64,000 nucleotides of DNA from Raillietiella orientalis (GCA_036172245.1 JAYWIR010000009.1:4278001-4342000); one strand, 5' to 3'; shown: positions 13,480 through 28,100, counted from the first letter of the stretch. A program made the numbers and translations. The notes: generated by a model from the letters alone, not told the origin.

Positions 13480-13885
13480 TGTCAAATGCACTGTCACCGA
13501 AGTGTCACCGAGGCTTGGGAAACCGTCGTCCTCCTCAGCTTCCTCTATTTGTGCATCTTTCTGAGGCACCGTTCGGCAATAGCAGCTTCCGAGACCAGAA
13601 GGATGGTGGAAACAGTTGCAGCTGCTGCGGCGAGCACCGAGTTCTTCCGCCAGCAGCGGTTCCTTGGTCCGAAGAGAGACTTCCAGAATGGTTATTCGTG
13701 GATCGCTAGAATTTCGATGCCTGAGATAAATAGGATAATATGCATTGTCATTTGGACTTTGAGATTTTTTCGATGAGTGTGCACATCCGTCTTCGAAAGG
13801 TCTCCTTCAGATCCAGGATATGGCCGATAAACTTTTGTTGATTATTACTATAGGCTCTAGTGGACCATTTTTTTTTTTCTTCTTC

Positions 13886-13916
<31 letters not shown>

Positions 13917-14410
13917 ACGTAGCCCGGCATTTCATTAGATCCAATTTTACTGTTATTCATCGCCGACTAATGGGGAAAAGCCCTGTGGTTGTTTGGAATA
14001 CTGATGGTTCGAGGGGGGGGGGGAGGCAAATTTTAATTCGGAAAGTTCGAGAGCTGCAGTCTCCGCGTGCGGACTTGGTCTTCAGGGCACGTTTCGAGAT
14101 CCCTTCCCTCGGCTGTCCTGGGGACCGGGCTTCCCCCGTCGGAGAGGGGGCGCCGTCCACGGGAGTTCTTTCTTTTCTTCGGCGGAGGCTGTGCTGGAAG
14201 GTTTGGAATGCGCTCGGGAGGTGGCCAGTCCCGGGAAAGCCACTTTTCCCGGTTCTCGGAGTCCCGGGGGGAAAGCAGAAAATCCAATGCAGTGCCACAC
14301 GGCCGAACCATCTCTTAGGGTCTGCTGGTCGGGGCGCCTCAGCTGGCGCCGCGTTTTCGCCATCGCTCGCGGGAGTGGACAGGCAGGAATCGTGGTGGGT
14401 GCAGACCCTC
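13480..14410 (+). pseudogene. Degenerate SmydA-like fragment interrupted by (CT)n/AT-rich sequence
   Basis: PEGWWKQLQLL (~PxxWxxLxxLESH), DLVFRARFEIP (~LxVRAxxxI), RRRL..F.C, KIQC and ESWW in the expected order. Confidence 0.4.
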
Positions 14411-15399
14411 CCCCACCCCTTGCGCCCCCCATCCCCCTCCGCCTCCTCATCTCACGTGTGTTTTGTGGATATGGCTGAAAAACTGCGGCGTTTCGAAACG
14501 CCTCAGACTTTCACCTGCTGTTACTTTCACCTTAGGTTTCTTTGACATGCAAAGTGATTTGAACATAGCGGCTACTGTGTTATAATTTTCATTTAACCGA
14601 GTTTTCATTTTTTTTTTTTCTTTTTTTTTTTCCCCTCCCCCCCCCCCCTTCCTTTGTGCACCGCACAGACAGATGGCCGCGTGGATCCCGTTCATCCATT
14701 TTGCGTCAGCTACTGACGCACATGCAGTGCAGTGTTCGTCATGCGTATCGTACCACCACTGCCGAAGATTGCATCCGTACAGAGTTGACATTGTATTTTC
14801 CTCAAGATTCTCTCTTCTTTTTTTTTTTTTGGCTATTTGCTCTTTCCTCATGGGATGCTTTACAATTGGCTTTTTGGATTGCCTGCTGGTCCGAGTGCAT
14901 CGTAAATCTTAAGGAATGTCTAATGAGGAAGGTCAGCTTCCAGTTTCACTTTTTGTTTCTTTTTTGCTTTTTCTACACGGTGAGCACACAACGAATCCCT
15001 AAGATTGACCCTAGAAGGGTGACTTGACGACTCTGTGCATAATTGGTTACGTGGTGTCGTGTAGGGCACCAGTTGAGATTATAAAAATCGAATCATCTTT
15101 CGTGAACATTTTTCGTTTCGTCAGTGAATTACAATGATCTTCACAAATGATTTTAAAAGGGCTTTTCGCATTCACAACGTGAAGGCCTTCGGTGTGGGGC
15201 ACGCACGGCTTTTTTTTTTTTTTGGCAACACGTACACCTTTCCCTTCCCGTCCGGAACGTGGGCGCGTTGCGCAGCGCTCGTGGTCGGTTCCTGTGGACC
15301 ATCTTGGGACCTCAGATCTTCTTTCCTTGGTACGGTAAGGAATCGAATTTCTCAGGGAACGGGAGAATTTGTTCCCGGCAGTGTGACCGGCGTCCCACA

Positions 15400-15850
15400 T
15401 GAGGCGTTACGAGCTGGCACCCTGCATTTTTGAAGGAAATCGCTTCCATAATTCGGATTTCCAATTGGGTTGTTGGCAATGGATTCATCCCAGCTCCGCC
15501 CAACATTCCATAGAAGACTCTCAAAGGCCACACTTCCATCGGCTGAAAATCCGCCGTCTTGTACTCTCCCTGCTCCCGAATTTCCATCATCCGAATCCTG
15601 GCCTTCGTCGGACGGAAACTCCTGCAAATCATTTTCTCTCCTCCTCCGCAGAGTCCAGTCGACCCTTCCCGCTCGTTCCGTGTGGAAATTTCATTATGAG
15701 GGGCCACGGGCCACGGGTCTTTGCGTGTAACGTGAAAGGTAACGCGGTGTCGTGTACGACACGGTCGGTCACGAAACCAACCGATGTGCCCGAAGGCACA
15801 CGGAAGGCTTGGTGGCAGGTGGCTGGGGCGGCATGCTGCCACGGCACTGA
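15400..15850 (-). pseudogene. Degenerate SmydA-like fragment
   Basis: PSVCL, LCG, EVWPLRVF (~IxPLRxL) and IMEA (~MESH) in order. Confidence 0.35.
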
Positions 15851-16653
15851 CCATGGCAGAGAGCGCCTGCACATTTTAGTTGCTGTGTGTCGTGTGTGAC
15901 GCCACGTTGCCCTTCTCGTGTTAAACAAAGTGTAAACTTACAAAGGAAGATTCTCCGAAGCGTGCAGTGCTTCCTGATTCACAATGAGGCAAACTGCATC
16001 ACCAGGAAAGCGATGCCGAAAAGCGAGCATCTCCTGCTTGGCTTCTTGATGAGCTCCAACAACTGCCTTTCAGTATGAAAGTCCCAGCCTACTACACGGA
16101 GGGGGGGGGGGGGGGGGGGGGTGCCCAGGATGTGTATGCTACTTGTAGGTTGTTGTTTTTTAAAACGGTTCGCGACACCACAGGTCGTTTTGAAATTTTC
16201 CCTCAATTCCCATAGGCAAGTGGTGAGTTTTATTTCGAAGGCTGGGAACTGGCGGTGGAGAGGAAATGGGTCAGCTGCTACCCTCCGGGGCATTCATTCG
16301 AATTCATGATCAATACACGAACAAACAAAGCAAACGGCTGGGAAACTCGCTGCCTGCGGAGTCCAGGCCGGCCCCCAAAGTGTAGAGGGGCGATAAATTT
16401 AGTAAGAAAAGCGTGAAAGAGGGAAAGGTCGCTGGATTTCAGACCTACCCTCTCCCAGGCAAGTTCGCCTGTTTGGTGGTGCCGGAAATTCCTTTGGGAG
16501 CGTCGGGAGCGATCCTCCGCAGGATCGCTCCAAGCAAGGAGGTGGACGACGACGGCTCCTGGTTCTGCTGTCCTGCCTCCAGCTGTCGGAGTGTCAACGT
16601 GGCCCCCCCGAGCGCGCGCCACAGAAGGGCGGCCGTAGTCGCGGCTTTCGGGA

Positions 16654-17500
16654 TTCTCCCCCGGTTGCGCCGGGGAGTTTACTTATATAAAAAACAAACA
16701 TATATGTCGGTGGCAGGACACTTGGCCCTGCCACGTCACATACGTATACAAAAAGGAACCTGCCGAGCACTGGCGCGCAGTCCGGCGAGGTTCGCCTCGG
16801 CAGCATAGGGGAGGAAGGGGAACAACCAACAAGAAAAATGAAACAAAAAAATATATCAAAAGAATTGGAAGGGTTCGGGGAGGGATCACCGGGTGCTGGG
16901 GGGCGTCCTCTGCATCCTTGTAAGGATGTCGGCAAGTCCCTGTTTTACGATCCCCAGAGGGGGTCATCTTGACGCTATCCTCATGACGAGGACAGCACAA
17001 TAGATCGCATCCCTGTCGCTCTGGGCTCCTCTGGCGTTGCTCTATGCGGCCACGATCCCGGGTGCATGATCCAGCACTTTGGTGCCCGCTCTATGCGGGC
17101 ACCAAAGTGCTGGCGGGGATGAGGCCGGCGTGAGGGCGTCACGCAAGAGGCGCTTTCAAACGTTTCTGGGGTTGCACTCGGGAATCCGCGGGGATGCGGG
17201 AAAACGTTCCCACAGGGGGCGGAGGGCAACTCAATCCACAAGCAGGTGCAGGAGGGACTTTCTTTCGCCTCACCTGCTGCAGTTCGGGCTCACCTCCTTC
17301 TCGGGTCCAATGATGCCGGCGGGCGTTGCACGGGAGGCCCCAATGCAACAGAGGATCGCCGACTCCTGCCACTTTAGAGGGGGGAGAGTTGCACTCTTCC
17401 AGCACTCTGTATGGAAGTTTGCTTGGAAGGAAAGACGTTCTGAACAGGTCGCCCATGCTGAGGAAACTGCCGGGAAGGGAAGGCGCCTACCCGGAGCGGG
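16654..17500 (-). mobile_element. 5'-truncated L1/Tx1-type LINE, family A
   Basis: LLHWGLPCNARRHHWT..PNCSRCGE..LLHLLVD..LRPLW, LADILTRMQR; 3' end AGTAAA-CTCCCCGG-CGCAA-CCGGGGGAG. Confidence 0.75.
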
Positions 17501-17949
17501 CAGCACACTGCAGTGCAACAGTGGGCGCGCAGACTGATCCTAAAGTGTGACCGCCCTTCGGTCAGATGCTCCCCCCCCTCGTCAGTGCGCAATGTCTTCA
17601 CTGCCAAGGATAGCTCACTCACAGCATGCTGTACGTAAAGGAGAGCGGGGAGTTCTCCACTCTCAGTGTGTGTGTGGGGGCGGGGAAGGGCGAAGGGAAC
17701 CACTTCTTCCTGGGAAAAGTACCAAAAGCTCTCCGCATATCGGAGCGGTTTTGGTACCCCTGGATCCCAGGCTCCCAGAGAGCCAGGCAAAAGTGGATCC
17801 GATCTTTATCAGCACCAAAATTAGGAAACACATCAAGAAGTGTCCAAGCTTGCCTAGCAGAACGGCTGACCGGAAAACAGGATGCCTTGTTCTCCTCAAC
17901 CCACCGGAAGAGTCTGAAGAATTAGCGGTCGGAAGCTGTTGACATCGTC

Positions 17950-19034
17950 AGATCCGGCGGTCAGATCAAGTCAAGAGCTAGCTCTTGACACTTCACAGGC
18001 AGTAGTTAAGGGGAAATTACCAACCTCGTCCATCACCCCCCCACCCCACCCCTGCGAGAGATCGTATGCAACCCACGCAAACTGCTGTGGGCCTAGTTCA
18101 CCCCCTTGCCCTAGTACTGCCCTCCCTTGAAAATGTTAGGTACAGCAATGAACCGAAAAGATGGGAAGTGTCCTGCCTTATCCAAGGCAGGAAAAAACCT
18201 TTAAGCGCGTGGACATCTCGTCAGCTAGAGGACGCCGTGACCCCGAATGTCCTTCCAAAAGGACCTTCACACTGGGGCGAGCTGCTCACGATATCTCCGG
18301 AGAAGATGAGTCCCCCAGCGTGTTGAGACAGTGGCACCCTCCCCCGGAAGCGGCAAAATGTGGCGTTGCTAGTGTTGCATCGGGGAGTCCCATGCAGAGC
18401 ACATCTCCATCATTGGACATATGGGAGTGTGGATGCCAATTGCGGAAGCTGCGGAGAGAAGGAGACCTTCTCGCACCTATTAATAGGCTGTGTCGGCCTT
18501 TGAACCTCTTTGGATCGACTCTCATCGATCCTAAAAATCCCGGTAGGCGGCCCCAGGAATATTTTCCGGTGCCTGTTCATGCGTGACGCCCCGCCGCCAG
18601 CAGCATCTCCAGCAGTGCTACGCTGTGTACGCGGACTCTTGGCAAGCTGGAACGCCAGAAGAAGGGGCCAGAATAGCAGGGATGCCATCCACTGGCGGAA
18701 ATCTTCTTGAAGACCGCGACCCCAACTGCAACCCAAGAATGCAGAACTTGTCAGCATCCTGAACAGGATGCAGAGGACGACTCCAGGCGAACAGTTATCC
18801 CTTTCCCACTCCCCTTTCCTCGAAAAAATCCCCCCTCTTTTTTTTGTCTTTTTGTTTGTTTTTGTTTGGTTTTCCCTTCCCCTTCGCCTCTGGAGCGGAC
18901 CTCATCGGTATGCGCGCCGGTTTTCGGCAAGTCCTTCGCGCGTGGTAGACACTAGTGTTCTACCACGATTTTGTTAATGTTATGACTTTTATGATAATTT
19001 TTAATAATAAATGTCCCGGAAAATCCGGGTGACA
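17950..19034 (+). mobile_element. 5'-truncated L1/Tx1-type LINE, family A (best zinc knuckle)
   Basis: NVALLVLHRGVPCRAHLHHWTYGSVDANCGSCGEKETFSHLLIGC (knuckle 18441-18491), LVSILNRMQR, AATAAA at 19006 and TGTCCCGG..CCGGGTGACA end. Confidence 0.8.
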
Positions 19035-19594
19035 AACCTCATCCATTAACGATGTGGCATGATTCGTGTTTGGATGAATCCCTAGCGAATTTGCCCGTCC
19101 CAGCAGAGACCTAAGGAATCTGTGGACGCAAACCTTCAGCCGACGAAAGGCATGTCTTCACATCTTTGATGATGGGGAGCCTAGGATCTCCTTACGATAT
19201 CGAATCCTTGGTCCCCACATGAGGAGAAAGCCCAGAACTTGCGCGCTCTTTCGCGCGGACAGCAAAACATCCTGGCCACGGCAACGCCATGTCCTGTGTG
19301 AGGCAGCACTATCCGGTACCGAGTGCCATTCGAAGACCATCTCTTCATCCATGTGGCAACATTAAACCTGATTCCAATACGAGATACATCCACTAGGAAC
19401 GGTATCTACTGCGTGTGCAAGCGATGCGCAGTTTGGAAAGAGTGTCTTTAGCAAATTGCAAGGTGAGGACGAACGGGTGGTCATACTCGACGCGGCCTTG
19501 CTCATTTGTAAACAAATCAGCAGCTACAGAAGACTCCAAAAAAGAGGAAGGCGAGAAAATGCTGGAGTTTATCTTAACACTTCGCCGTTGAATT

Positions 19595-20260
19595 TTTCAT
19601 TCGAGTTCGCCGGGGCGCTTATTCAAAGATAAAATAAACATTTACAGTTTGTGTGTGGTTGGACCGGCGTTCCAACAACGTTTGTTTCGCATCTACCCTG
19701 ACGTTTTACCAGTTCGCAGACAGGTGAGATCCACCATGACAGCAGAGGGGAGGGACCAAACAAAATAAAAATAGAGCAATTTTGGAAAGGGGTCCGGGAA
19801 GGGGTCACAGTCTGCTGGGAACGGTCCTCTGCATCCTTTACAGGATACCAGCAAGGTCTTGCTTGATATTGAAGTCCAGGTGAAGCCACCTGATGGCGAT
19901 CCGTAGAAAGCGAAGAGCGAAGTGGATGGCGTCCCTGTCGTTTCTTCCTCCGTTGGCGTCTGTCCAGGCCGCCACGATCCCACGGGGGCAGCAAAGTGCT
20001 GCTGGGGCTGCGGCCGGCTTCAGGGCGTTCCGCACAAAGAGGAATTGCATAACGTCCCTGTGGTTGCCGCTGGGAGCTCCTAGAATCGCGGCAAAGTATT
20101 TCCAGAGGGGTCGGAGGGCGACCCAATTCACAAGCAGGCGCGGGAAGGATTCCCTCTTCCCGCACCTTGGGTCCATCCCTTTCCCCCGTGTCCAGTGATG
20201 TCGGCAGGCGTTGCATAGGAGCCCCATCCCCCCATTGCAGCCGTTGAAGTGTGTAACCTC
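19595..20260 (-). mobile_element. 5'-truncated L1/Tx1-type LINE, family A
   Basis: GLLCNACRHHWT..RCGKRESFPRLLVNWVALRPLW...DLAGIL; 3'UTR closely similar to 42610-42868. Confidence 0.75.
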
Positions 20261-20849
20261 GTCAGCACGGGCCACTGTCGTAACATCCCTCGGTGCGTGG
20301 GGCCTCAACACTTTGTGTTTGAAAACGACAAGGTGTTAAGAGAACTCGAAATCGAAAATCGATCAGAGGAGAGCCAGCATCCCAGAAAGGAGATGGTATG
20401 ACGTAAGATCCAACACTCAACCATCGGTTGTGCCACCACATGCGTTCAACGTACAAACGGGAAAATTCTGGTCTTCCACTGCTGCTACACAAGCAAGATT
20501 GTGGGGACTAAGGGAATCGTGGAAAATCCTCCCTGGAGTTCCTTTACCAGAAATCTTCCTATAAACATGAGTGGAATGACAATAGAAAAAGGAACTTTGT
20601 AGTATCTCACCCTGCATCGGTGAGCAACTGTCTTTGCCAGCTATCATTGCTTTGCTTCTCTTCTTAGGGAGAGCAGCAGCCCCTCTGCAAAACGTTTCTC
20701 TGCAGACTTCTAGTTTTTGAAGCATCAGAGAAAAGCAAATTGTGACTGAAATGGGATGCAGTCCGCTGATGAAATACCTCGGCTTGTTAAGCCCAAGGCT
20801 TGTTTTATGGATGAGGTGATGAAGAAGTAGCATTTTCAACATTTAGCCA

Positions 20850-22200
20850 CCCACCCTCTCTCGGTCAAGTGAATGATCGATCGGACAGCAAAGCTATTGG
20901 AAGGCATTTGTAGGAAAGTCTGTACGATAGCATCCCATCATAGCGAAAACTGTCATTCAGTGTAAATCAGTAAATCTGTGGCTAAAGTTATTGATGATAG
21001 TCGGAATCATTTCGAATTAGGTACCTTCTCCGGAAAAATGGGCGACCTTCGCGGGGCTTCCTTGTGACACGGCAGCGACGGGATAAATGGTGGATTTCGA
21101 AAATAATGTGATTTAATGATTCGTAATGGAAAAAAAAAGGAAGGTATCAAGAAAAACTGTCATTTATGGAACAGACGTTGCTTCGTGCACCCCTACTTTG
21201 TTTCCATTGATTTTTTCCGGATTTCCGGAAAAACCTTTTCCCACGAAATGTTTGCAGGGCTCCCAAGCCTTGACGAGGAAAAGGAAAAAAACGTTGGAGT
21301 AATTTTTTGCTTCTTTCCTGCTGCTTGCAAAGGTTCTGATGGACGCGTTCTCGTTGCGTTTATCAAGGCATTTATCAATTTATCAGAAGTTCCCTCCAAT
21401 TTGCATTTTTCTCAGAGGTTGTCTCTTTTTTCCCCTTCTTTTTCTTTTCTGCACATTTCACATTCTGTGTGTTGAATTTATCAACCATCCGAATCGTGGT
21501 CTTAAGTTTGCAAGAAACCGGCCGGAATCTGATTCCAGCCCGGCCCAGATTTGTTATGCTATCACTGCCCGAGTCCCTCCGTTCATGGAGCTTTGTGTCT
21601 GCTTCTTCCAGAAGTTTCATTTTTTTTTTTTTTTTCCTTGATTCATGATTTTTGAGCCTGCAAAAACTTTGTGGTTTTCAAGTGGAGCAAGGAAATTTCC
21701 TCTGTGGATTGAAGTAGTCCTTGCCTGGTATCGTAATCTCTGCCAATTCTTTACCAGCATGATCTCTCCCACTGTGAGCAAACCTTAATTTAATTTGAAA
21801 GTCACTTTATGGAGTTGGTTCTAGGACCTGGGACATATCACAGCAAGAGTGCAGGCAGGGTTTGATTCGATATACCCAACCTCATGGTTGAGTGGGGAGG
21901 TAGCTCGAACGTGGATGGGAATTTTTTCCCATCCACGTTGGTAAGAAGAGACTGTCTGGAATTTCGAATGTCTTTATCCTTTTTAAGCTCCCATGAAGTC
22001 TCATGGGAATACTACAGACCAGTGTTCTAATTATGCTGCATAACACATGAGCAAAGGGAAGCTTATGGTCCAACGAGTTATTCTCCGAACTTTTCAAGTT
22101 TGAAAAGAAAGAACAAAAATCAGCCATGACCCAATGTAGGCCAAACACAGAGTTGCAAAGCAAAACCGGTTCATCAAAAGTTGAGATGCCAGGTGGTTAC
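20850..22200 (-). mobile_element. Highly degraded hAT-type transposase relic
   Basis: Frameshifted CYA-H-L-N-LV (CxxH motif) near 22020-22060 and FEMIPTIINNFSHRFTDL / TDFPTNAF near 20900-21020. Confidence 0.35.
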
Positions 22201-23449
22201 CATGCCGATAAGCAACCATCAAATGAATTTGCTGGTTAAAGAAAGAAAGAAAGAAAGAAAGAAAAGAAAAAAAAAAAGAAATTGATGGTTGATTGATTGG
22301 TTTCAGCCTGTTGGAAATAGTACTTTTGAAAAGCAGCTGCGCCTTTACCACTTGCAAGAAGCTGGCCGGAATCTGATCCCAGCCACCCGGAGCATGACAG
22401 TGTTGCATGCATCTTGGAATCATCATGGCATCACCTTCAATGTTTTTCCAGTTTATGCTACTTGGAGTTTTTGCTTATCCAGATGACAAGGACTGATGAG
22501 GATAAGTTATGACGAGGATTTTCCAGCAGTACTCATTAGATTTAGAGGGTAGGCTCTCGCTGCTTTCACTCCATTTGCTGATCAAATTAGAAGGCATCAG
22601 CTGTTGAAAATAAAAGACTTCGAAGGTTTTGCCGAGTGTGGAAAGGGCTTCACAATAAGGTTACTGAGTAGCAGTTTCAAGGATAACTGGTTATGCAATT
22701 CGGAAATTTCCTTCGAAATGGACCGCCCGCATTTCATAGGAGTCACAATTCCCCGCCCTCCGGCATAGCTTTGTGATTTGTATGCGGACCAAAGGGGAAC
22801 CAGAGTGCTTGAAAATCTCGAAATCACTGTGATGTTGTGCCGTTCATGTATTCCCATCTTCACGAGAGTGTTGGCATCAATTTCGGTTTCGTGTTTTCCA
22901 GCATTGCATTGCGCTTGGGAAACGGAGGAAAATCAGCATTTTCCGTCGAACGCCTCTCTCTTTTTTTTTGGGGGGGGCTTTCTGTCTTACTTAATCCTGA
23001 CTTTGAATTTTGATGCATTCGATTCTTAGCCAGATATCTGGTTAGTCTTTGCTTTCCAGGCGATTCCTGCCTTCAATCACCGATACAGAACCAATTCGTT
23101 GCATTGGATACCGACGTTTTCGCTCCTGCTTACCCGCGTCAGCAATTTGAGATCGCATCCCCTCTGGCAACACAATCTGCTTTCTGTGACCTGATGCCAG
23201 GCAAGGTGTCTCAAACCTCTAGGTAGGTTGACCTGTGGGACCCTTCATGCCCCCGGTGAACTGCATTGCTGCTCGGCTGGCCCGACGTCGTATTTCCATC
23301 CGACGGTTTTTTGATTTGGATGAATGTTCTTCGACCGTGGGCACGCTTGCAGGTGGGCTGCATCTGATTCGATGGGAACAGATTTCTGGCAATCCTTTTT
23401 CGTTTTCGGCTTTTTTTCGCCTCAAAAAGCTTCGAAATGTTCAGCCCGA

Positions 23450-24200
23450 TAAATATTGCAACTCGGCAGAAGAGACCCTGGCTGAACGACGCGAGGTGTG
23501 TCTCCGACTCGGTCGTTTCGGGCTGACACACCCCGAAGGCGCAGACGGTGGAGCGCCGTGTGTGACCAGAGCACAAGTTGCTTCTCCACGGCGCATCCAA
23601 TGTCACTGACCTGGAAACGGTTACAACCATCCTCGCCCCGCTGGTTAACGTGAGCGCCAATCCTCAAATCTCCGCTCTTTCCCGCCAGAAATTTTCGTGC
23701 ATTCCTCTGCCATCTTCTGCTGGCCCCACTTGCCCTTTAGATCCGTTTTCTGGTCAGCGGGATGGGAGTCTGCAACTCGATGGCGAACGTGGCTGGCAGA
23801 AGGTCTTCTTCCCTCAGCCACGTACAAGTTTTCGACAAAGGGAATGACTGAGGATGGGATTTCCGGTTTTCTCTTTCCAGCTCACTGTTCCGGAGATCGT
23901 GAACGTCCGAGCCATCCTATTCTGCAGATGAGCTTTCCTGCTGCACGCTCTCTCGAGTTTGCCAGAACGCGACTGCGCGGAGGAAGAAGAGGTTTCGAGG
24001 ATGGTGTACGCATCGAAGTGGAGACTTTCTCCGGGGGGAGGAATTCCCCCGGGGGTCGGATTCCCCCGATTTCGGGATGTCTCCTTGCTCATCCACCGCG
24101 AAGCAGGACGCTGGGATCGGGGCCAACTCGGAACGGCTCCAGCACGCTCCGTTTCGCAGATCGTTCTTCGATGCAAGTGATGATCACCACCTCTTGCATC
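23450..24200 (+). pseudogene. Degenerate SmydA-like fragment
   Basis: YCNS, VASPRR, GFLFPAHC, AARSL and RRSFF.CK(C) post-SET remnant in order. Confidence 0.4.
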
Positions 24201-24565
24201 CCTCGGGTGCACAGTTGCCATGTAATGATGCAGTTGGGCTCTGCCGGGGCTGCCGATGCACGAGTGCGCAGTGTCGCTGCTGCTGGCATACCGCGGGAGC
24301 AGAAACGAAAAAAAGTGTTTGCACGCTCTCTCGGATAAATAGGTGCAGCCATCAGTGCTTTTACACGAGCACATGTTTACTCTGCAGCCAAAGTCTTCCT
24401 TTTTTTTCGGTAATGGCATGGCTAAATGGTCCACCGGCGATCGGGTTAATCATCTCGTTACTGAGTACATGCAGTCGCAGCATGAAGCTTGAAGAATTCA
24501 TGATTTTAGGGGTCACAGCTGGATGTGTTACTTTTGCTTTTTTTTTTTTTTTTTTGAGACGCGCG

Positions 24566-24679
<114 letters not shown>

Positions 24680-25143
24680 TGATTTCAGGACGCTATGTAT
24701 AAATACATACAGCGTTCACAGTGGACAAACTGCAGTTTACTATCGGGCTCGCATCGTGTGAGGCTGCCTTCAGGTCAGATTTCCTCTTGGTAGAATGTCG
24801 AGCGTCCATCATTTCCGCTGTCGTCGTAGCTAACGCGAACCAAAACCGAAACCACTCTTGCTTATTCAGGCTCCCTATTGCAGGAAGGAAGGATGCTGGG
24901 TGAAACAGGATTTAATGCGTGAAAGAGAGGATGCGAATCTTTATTTCGCAGCGAAGCGGGCCGTTTGCCAAATACCATCTTCGTTGCTACGGCCGCTGCA
25001 GTCCTCCTCGCACGGACAGTCTTCGGTTGGAGCAGTGGTGCTTGCAGGACGTTTTCACCTGTGGAAGCTATTGCTATTTACGGGATTTTATGGGAACGCG
25101 GTGCGTGGGTGGTGGCAGACGCTGTCTTCGAGCTGTCGGGTCT

Positions 25144-28100
25144 CTACCTCGAGTTTTGCATGTTGTTCGCTTGAGTCACGAAGGATTTGACCAGGTCCTC
25201 CATGATGACTGGAAACACCACTTTCATCACTTTCACGTTCGCTATCTGCGAGCGTAAGTCCAGGCTCAGGTGCCACAGGAAATTGGACATGTTTTTGTTG
25301 TCAGCCAAGGGGGTGATCACCATTGCACTGGGACCGTTGATGCCTCTGACAAGTAACATTGGAGAGCCACTTTAGTGGTCCTTCTCAAGATCGACTTACT
25401 TTCCTACCCCTTCGTCTTTGATCTCAAAGGGGTAATCTATGCTCTGGTAGAATGTGTAGTAGGAATCGTTGATTTTTTCCCTCGTCGTCAAATTTATGAA
25501 GTATCTGGACTTCACCAAGCCGAGAGGTGGTGTTCTCTGATACACAATGCGAGAGTTTTCATCCACGACCTGAAGGCAAAAGGAGAGCATCATAGACAAG
25601 GTGCTCCGGAGATGTTGGCGGATTGTGTTTGTCGCTGTTGTTGTTGTTTGCGTTCACGAATTGCAGCTCGCCAGTGCCCTGTTTTCCTGTTTTGAACTTT
25701 ACGGCATGGTGGAACGGCACACCGCACTCCAAGAAGCAGCTTTTTATTCCATCTTATTTTTTTGGAAAACAGCTATTCGGCAGCCGAAAACTTTGGAATT
25801 TGATGATTTAGCAAAGGTTTGGGATTCAATGATGGGTTTTAGGTTGCCTCTTCCAACTATGAGCACAACTCAGGGGGTAAATAAGATGGGATTTGTGCAA
25901 GATTAGGTACAGAATGCCAGTAAGAAAGAGAGAGAGAGAGAAAAAAAAGGGGGGGGGGGGAATATTCCGCTATCGAATAACAACTGCAGAGGGAGGAATC
26001 TGCCGAACAAACTGCAACCTTTTGGTAACCACAGGAGCGAAAAGGGAAGGAGTGTTCGCTAGCAGTTGGTGGGCCAAGACTTAAGAAAGCTTCAAAGCCT
26101 CTCAAGTGCTTCAAAATCTGATCTGAAGATGTGTCCCTTCTCTTTTCTCTAGTGCTCAGTTCCTTCTGCCGCTGTGTCAAGACCGTGAGGACCATGAAAC
26201 ATGCGGACTTGGGTTTTCCCAACACGCTCGGAGCTGGCTTCAAAGAACATTCTGCGGTATTCCCTATGCGTTTCTAATCAAACCTTCGATCCCCCTCAAG
26301 GTAATGATTTCCGAATGCGCTCCACGTCACTCTCCGTATCCCCGACCTTCCTGGCTTCCAAGTCGTTGTTGCATGCGTGTCACTGGGCGCAGTTCTTTCC
26401 TCCTTTCCTTCTCCATCAGGTCTCTTTATCAGTCTAGAGTATGCTGGCGACTGGCAGCGTTTTCACGACACTGATGCTCGTGCTTTCTGAGGGCAGGGAA
26501 TCGAGTCCATTTCCTCGACAAAATCGCCATCTTCAGCGCTTGGCAACTCGCATACGTATCTGCCTGTAACCTCAGCAACAGTTGATCCGTCGGCTTTTGT
26601 TGCAGTTCAGAGTGTCCCTTCCGCATATCACTTTACTTCCATCGTTTTTCACTGCGTCTTTTCCAAGGTTTCGGACTCCGATCCGCTGGCCATTTTCTGG
26701 CGATAGACCATCGCGGAGAGGTGCCATCAAGAGCGGACCCCAGGATTTCCCGTCCTCGTCTGCCTGGGGTCGGGAAGTTTTCATCATCCCAATCGAGGGC
26801 GATTCTTCCGACTCGATAAGCTCCCCCTTATCCAGGCAGCGAGTATCGGGTGATAGTAATGCACTGATGAAATCGCGGCACTTCTTTTTTTTCGTTTTTC
26901 GTCCCCCTTCAAAATCCCATTGAGCAGCAGCGTATGCAAAGCGCTCAGCAGAGAGAGACTCGACGAGAGAGGGTGGCACGGGATGCTTGCTAATTCGTCC
27001 AATCCTGCCGGATTTTGCACGGATCCCGCTGGGTGAACGCGAATCGTCAAGTCTGGTCAGGCAAATTCAAACAGCACAAGAGCTCTCGTGTGGAGACTCC
27101 AGGATGACTCTGGCCTCTTGAAGACTTTCCCAATCTCCGCGCACACACCGCGTGGTTCTTCCCAATCAGGGATCAAGGCAGCCGCTGCCCAACCGCCCCC
27201 CAAAGTCACACCGAACACCTTCGCCGGGAAGCGCTGTGGACTTTCCCTAGATCTGGGATTCGCTTCCCTGATCGTTGCGACTTACGCCAAGCGAATTCTC
27301 CATCTACCCTTCGAATAATGTAGGGCTTAGGAAGCACCGAGTTGCGTGGAGCACGCGGTTACTGCGGAAACAGGACGAAGAAAGACTCTGCACGCTGGAG
27401 CGACGTGAGCAGTGAACCCCCGAAATCGAAAGGAAATGAACTTTAGCCGGGTTTCGGGTGCCCTGAAACGATTGCCGAGTGCTTGACAACGCGGTTGGAT
27501 TTCAGCTGTGCATCGACGCGGTGGCTCCGTTCGCAACTTCGCTTGGTGCTCCGTCTGGCACTGGTGAAGTTTTCCATTGCCGTGCCGTTTTCGGAGAGAT
27601 CCTGAAGATACTTCCGACGTCCCGAAGGGGTTCAGCATCTTGCAGTCTCGCCAACCCACTCGTTCCCGGATGAGTGCAAGTGCAATCCCTCTCGACTGGT
27701 TCCACCAATACCTCGGCATCGCTTCTCAGGACTAAGGGAACTTTTGGCTATGATCAAAGTGTAGCAACCTCTGTGGCTTCGAGTGGAGCGCTGCGGAAAA
27801 GTCCTCGAGTGTCTTGGCGCGCCGTCCGTGCCTCATGAGAGACCTTGGTTTTTGCATGACGCACGCATCCAAAGACATGGACCGTCCTAAGGAAACAAAA
27901 CTTCCTCCGAAAGTCCGCGGACGCTGCCTTATCCTCGCATCCCGCGTCATTCGTCATTTGAGTGAGAAGGCGATGTCTCAGATATCCCTACAGCCGCCTC
28001 TTGGCACACCCGCTCTTCGTGGAGTCGCACCGAAGAAGGCGGCGGTTTCACCCTCCCCATGGCTCGCTCTCCAAGGATGGGGCGCTGACCTGGGGGGTGT

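Noticed and set aside
19595..20284. Solo-LTR interpretation of family A (TGTTAC...GTGACA ends)
   Set aside because: The copies encode the L1-type CCHC knuckle, share 3' ends and vary at 5' ends, as expected for truncated LINEs.
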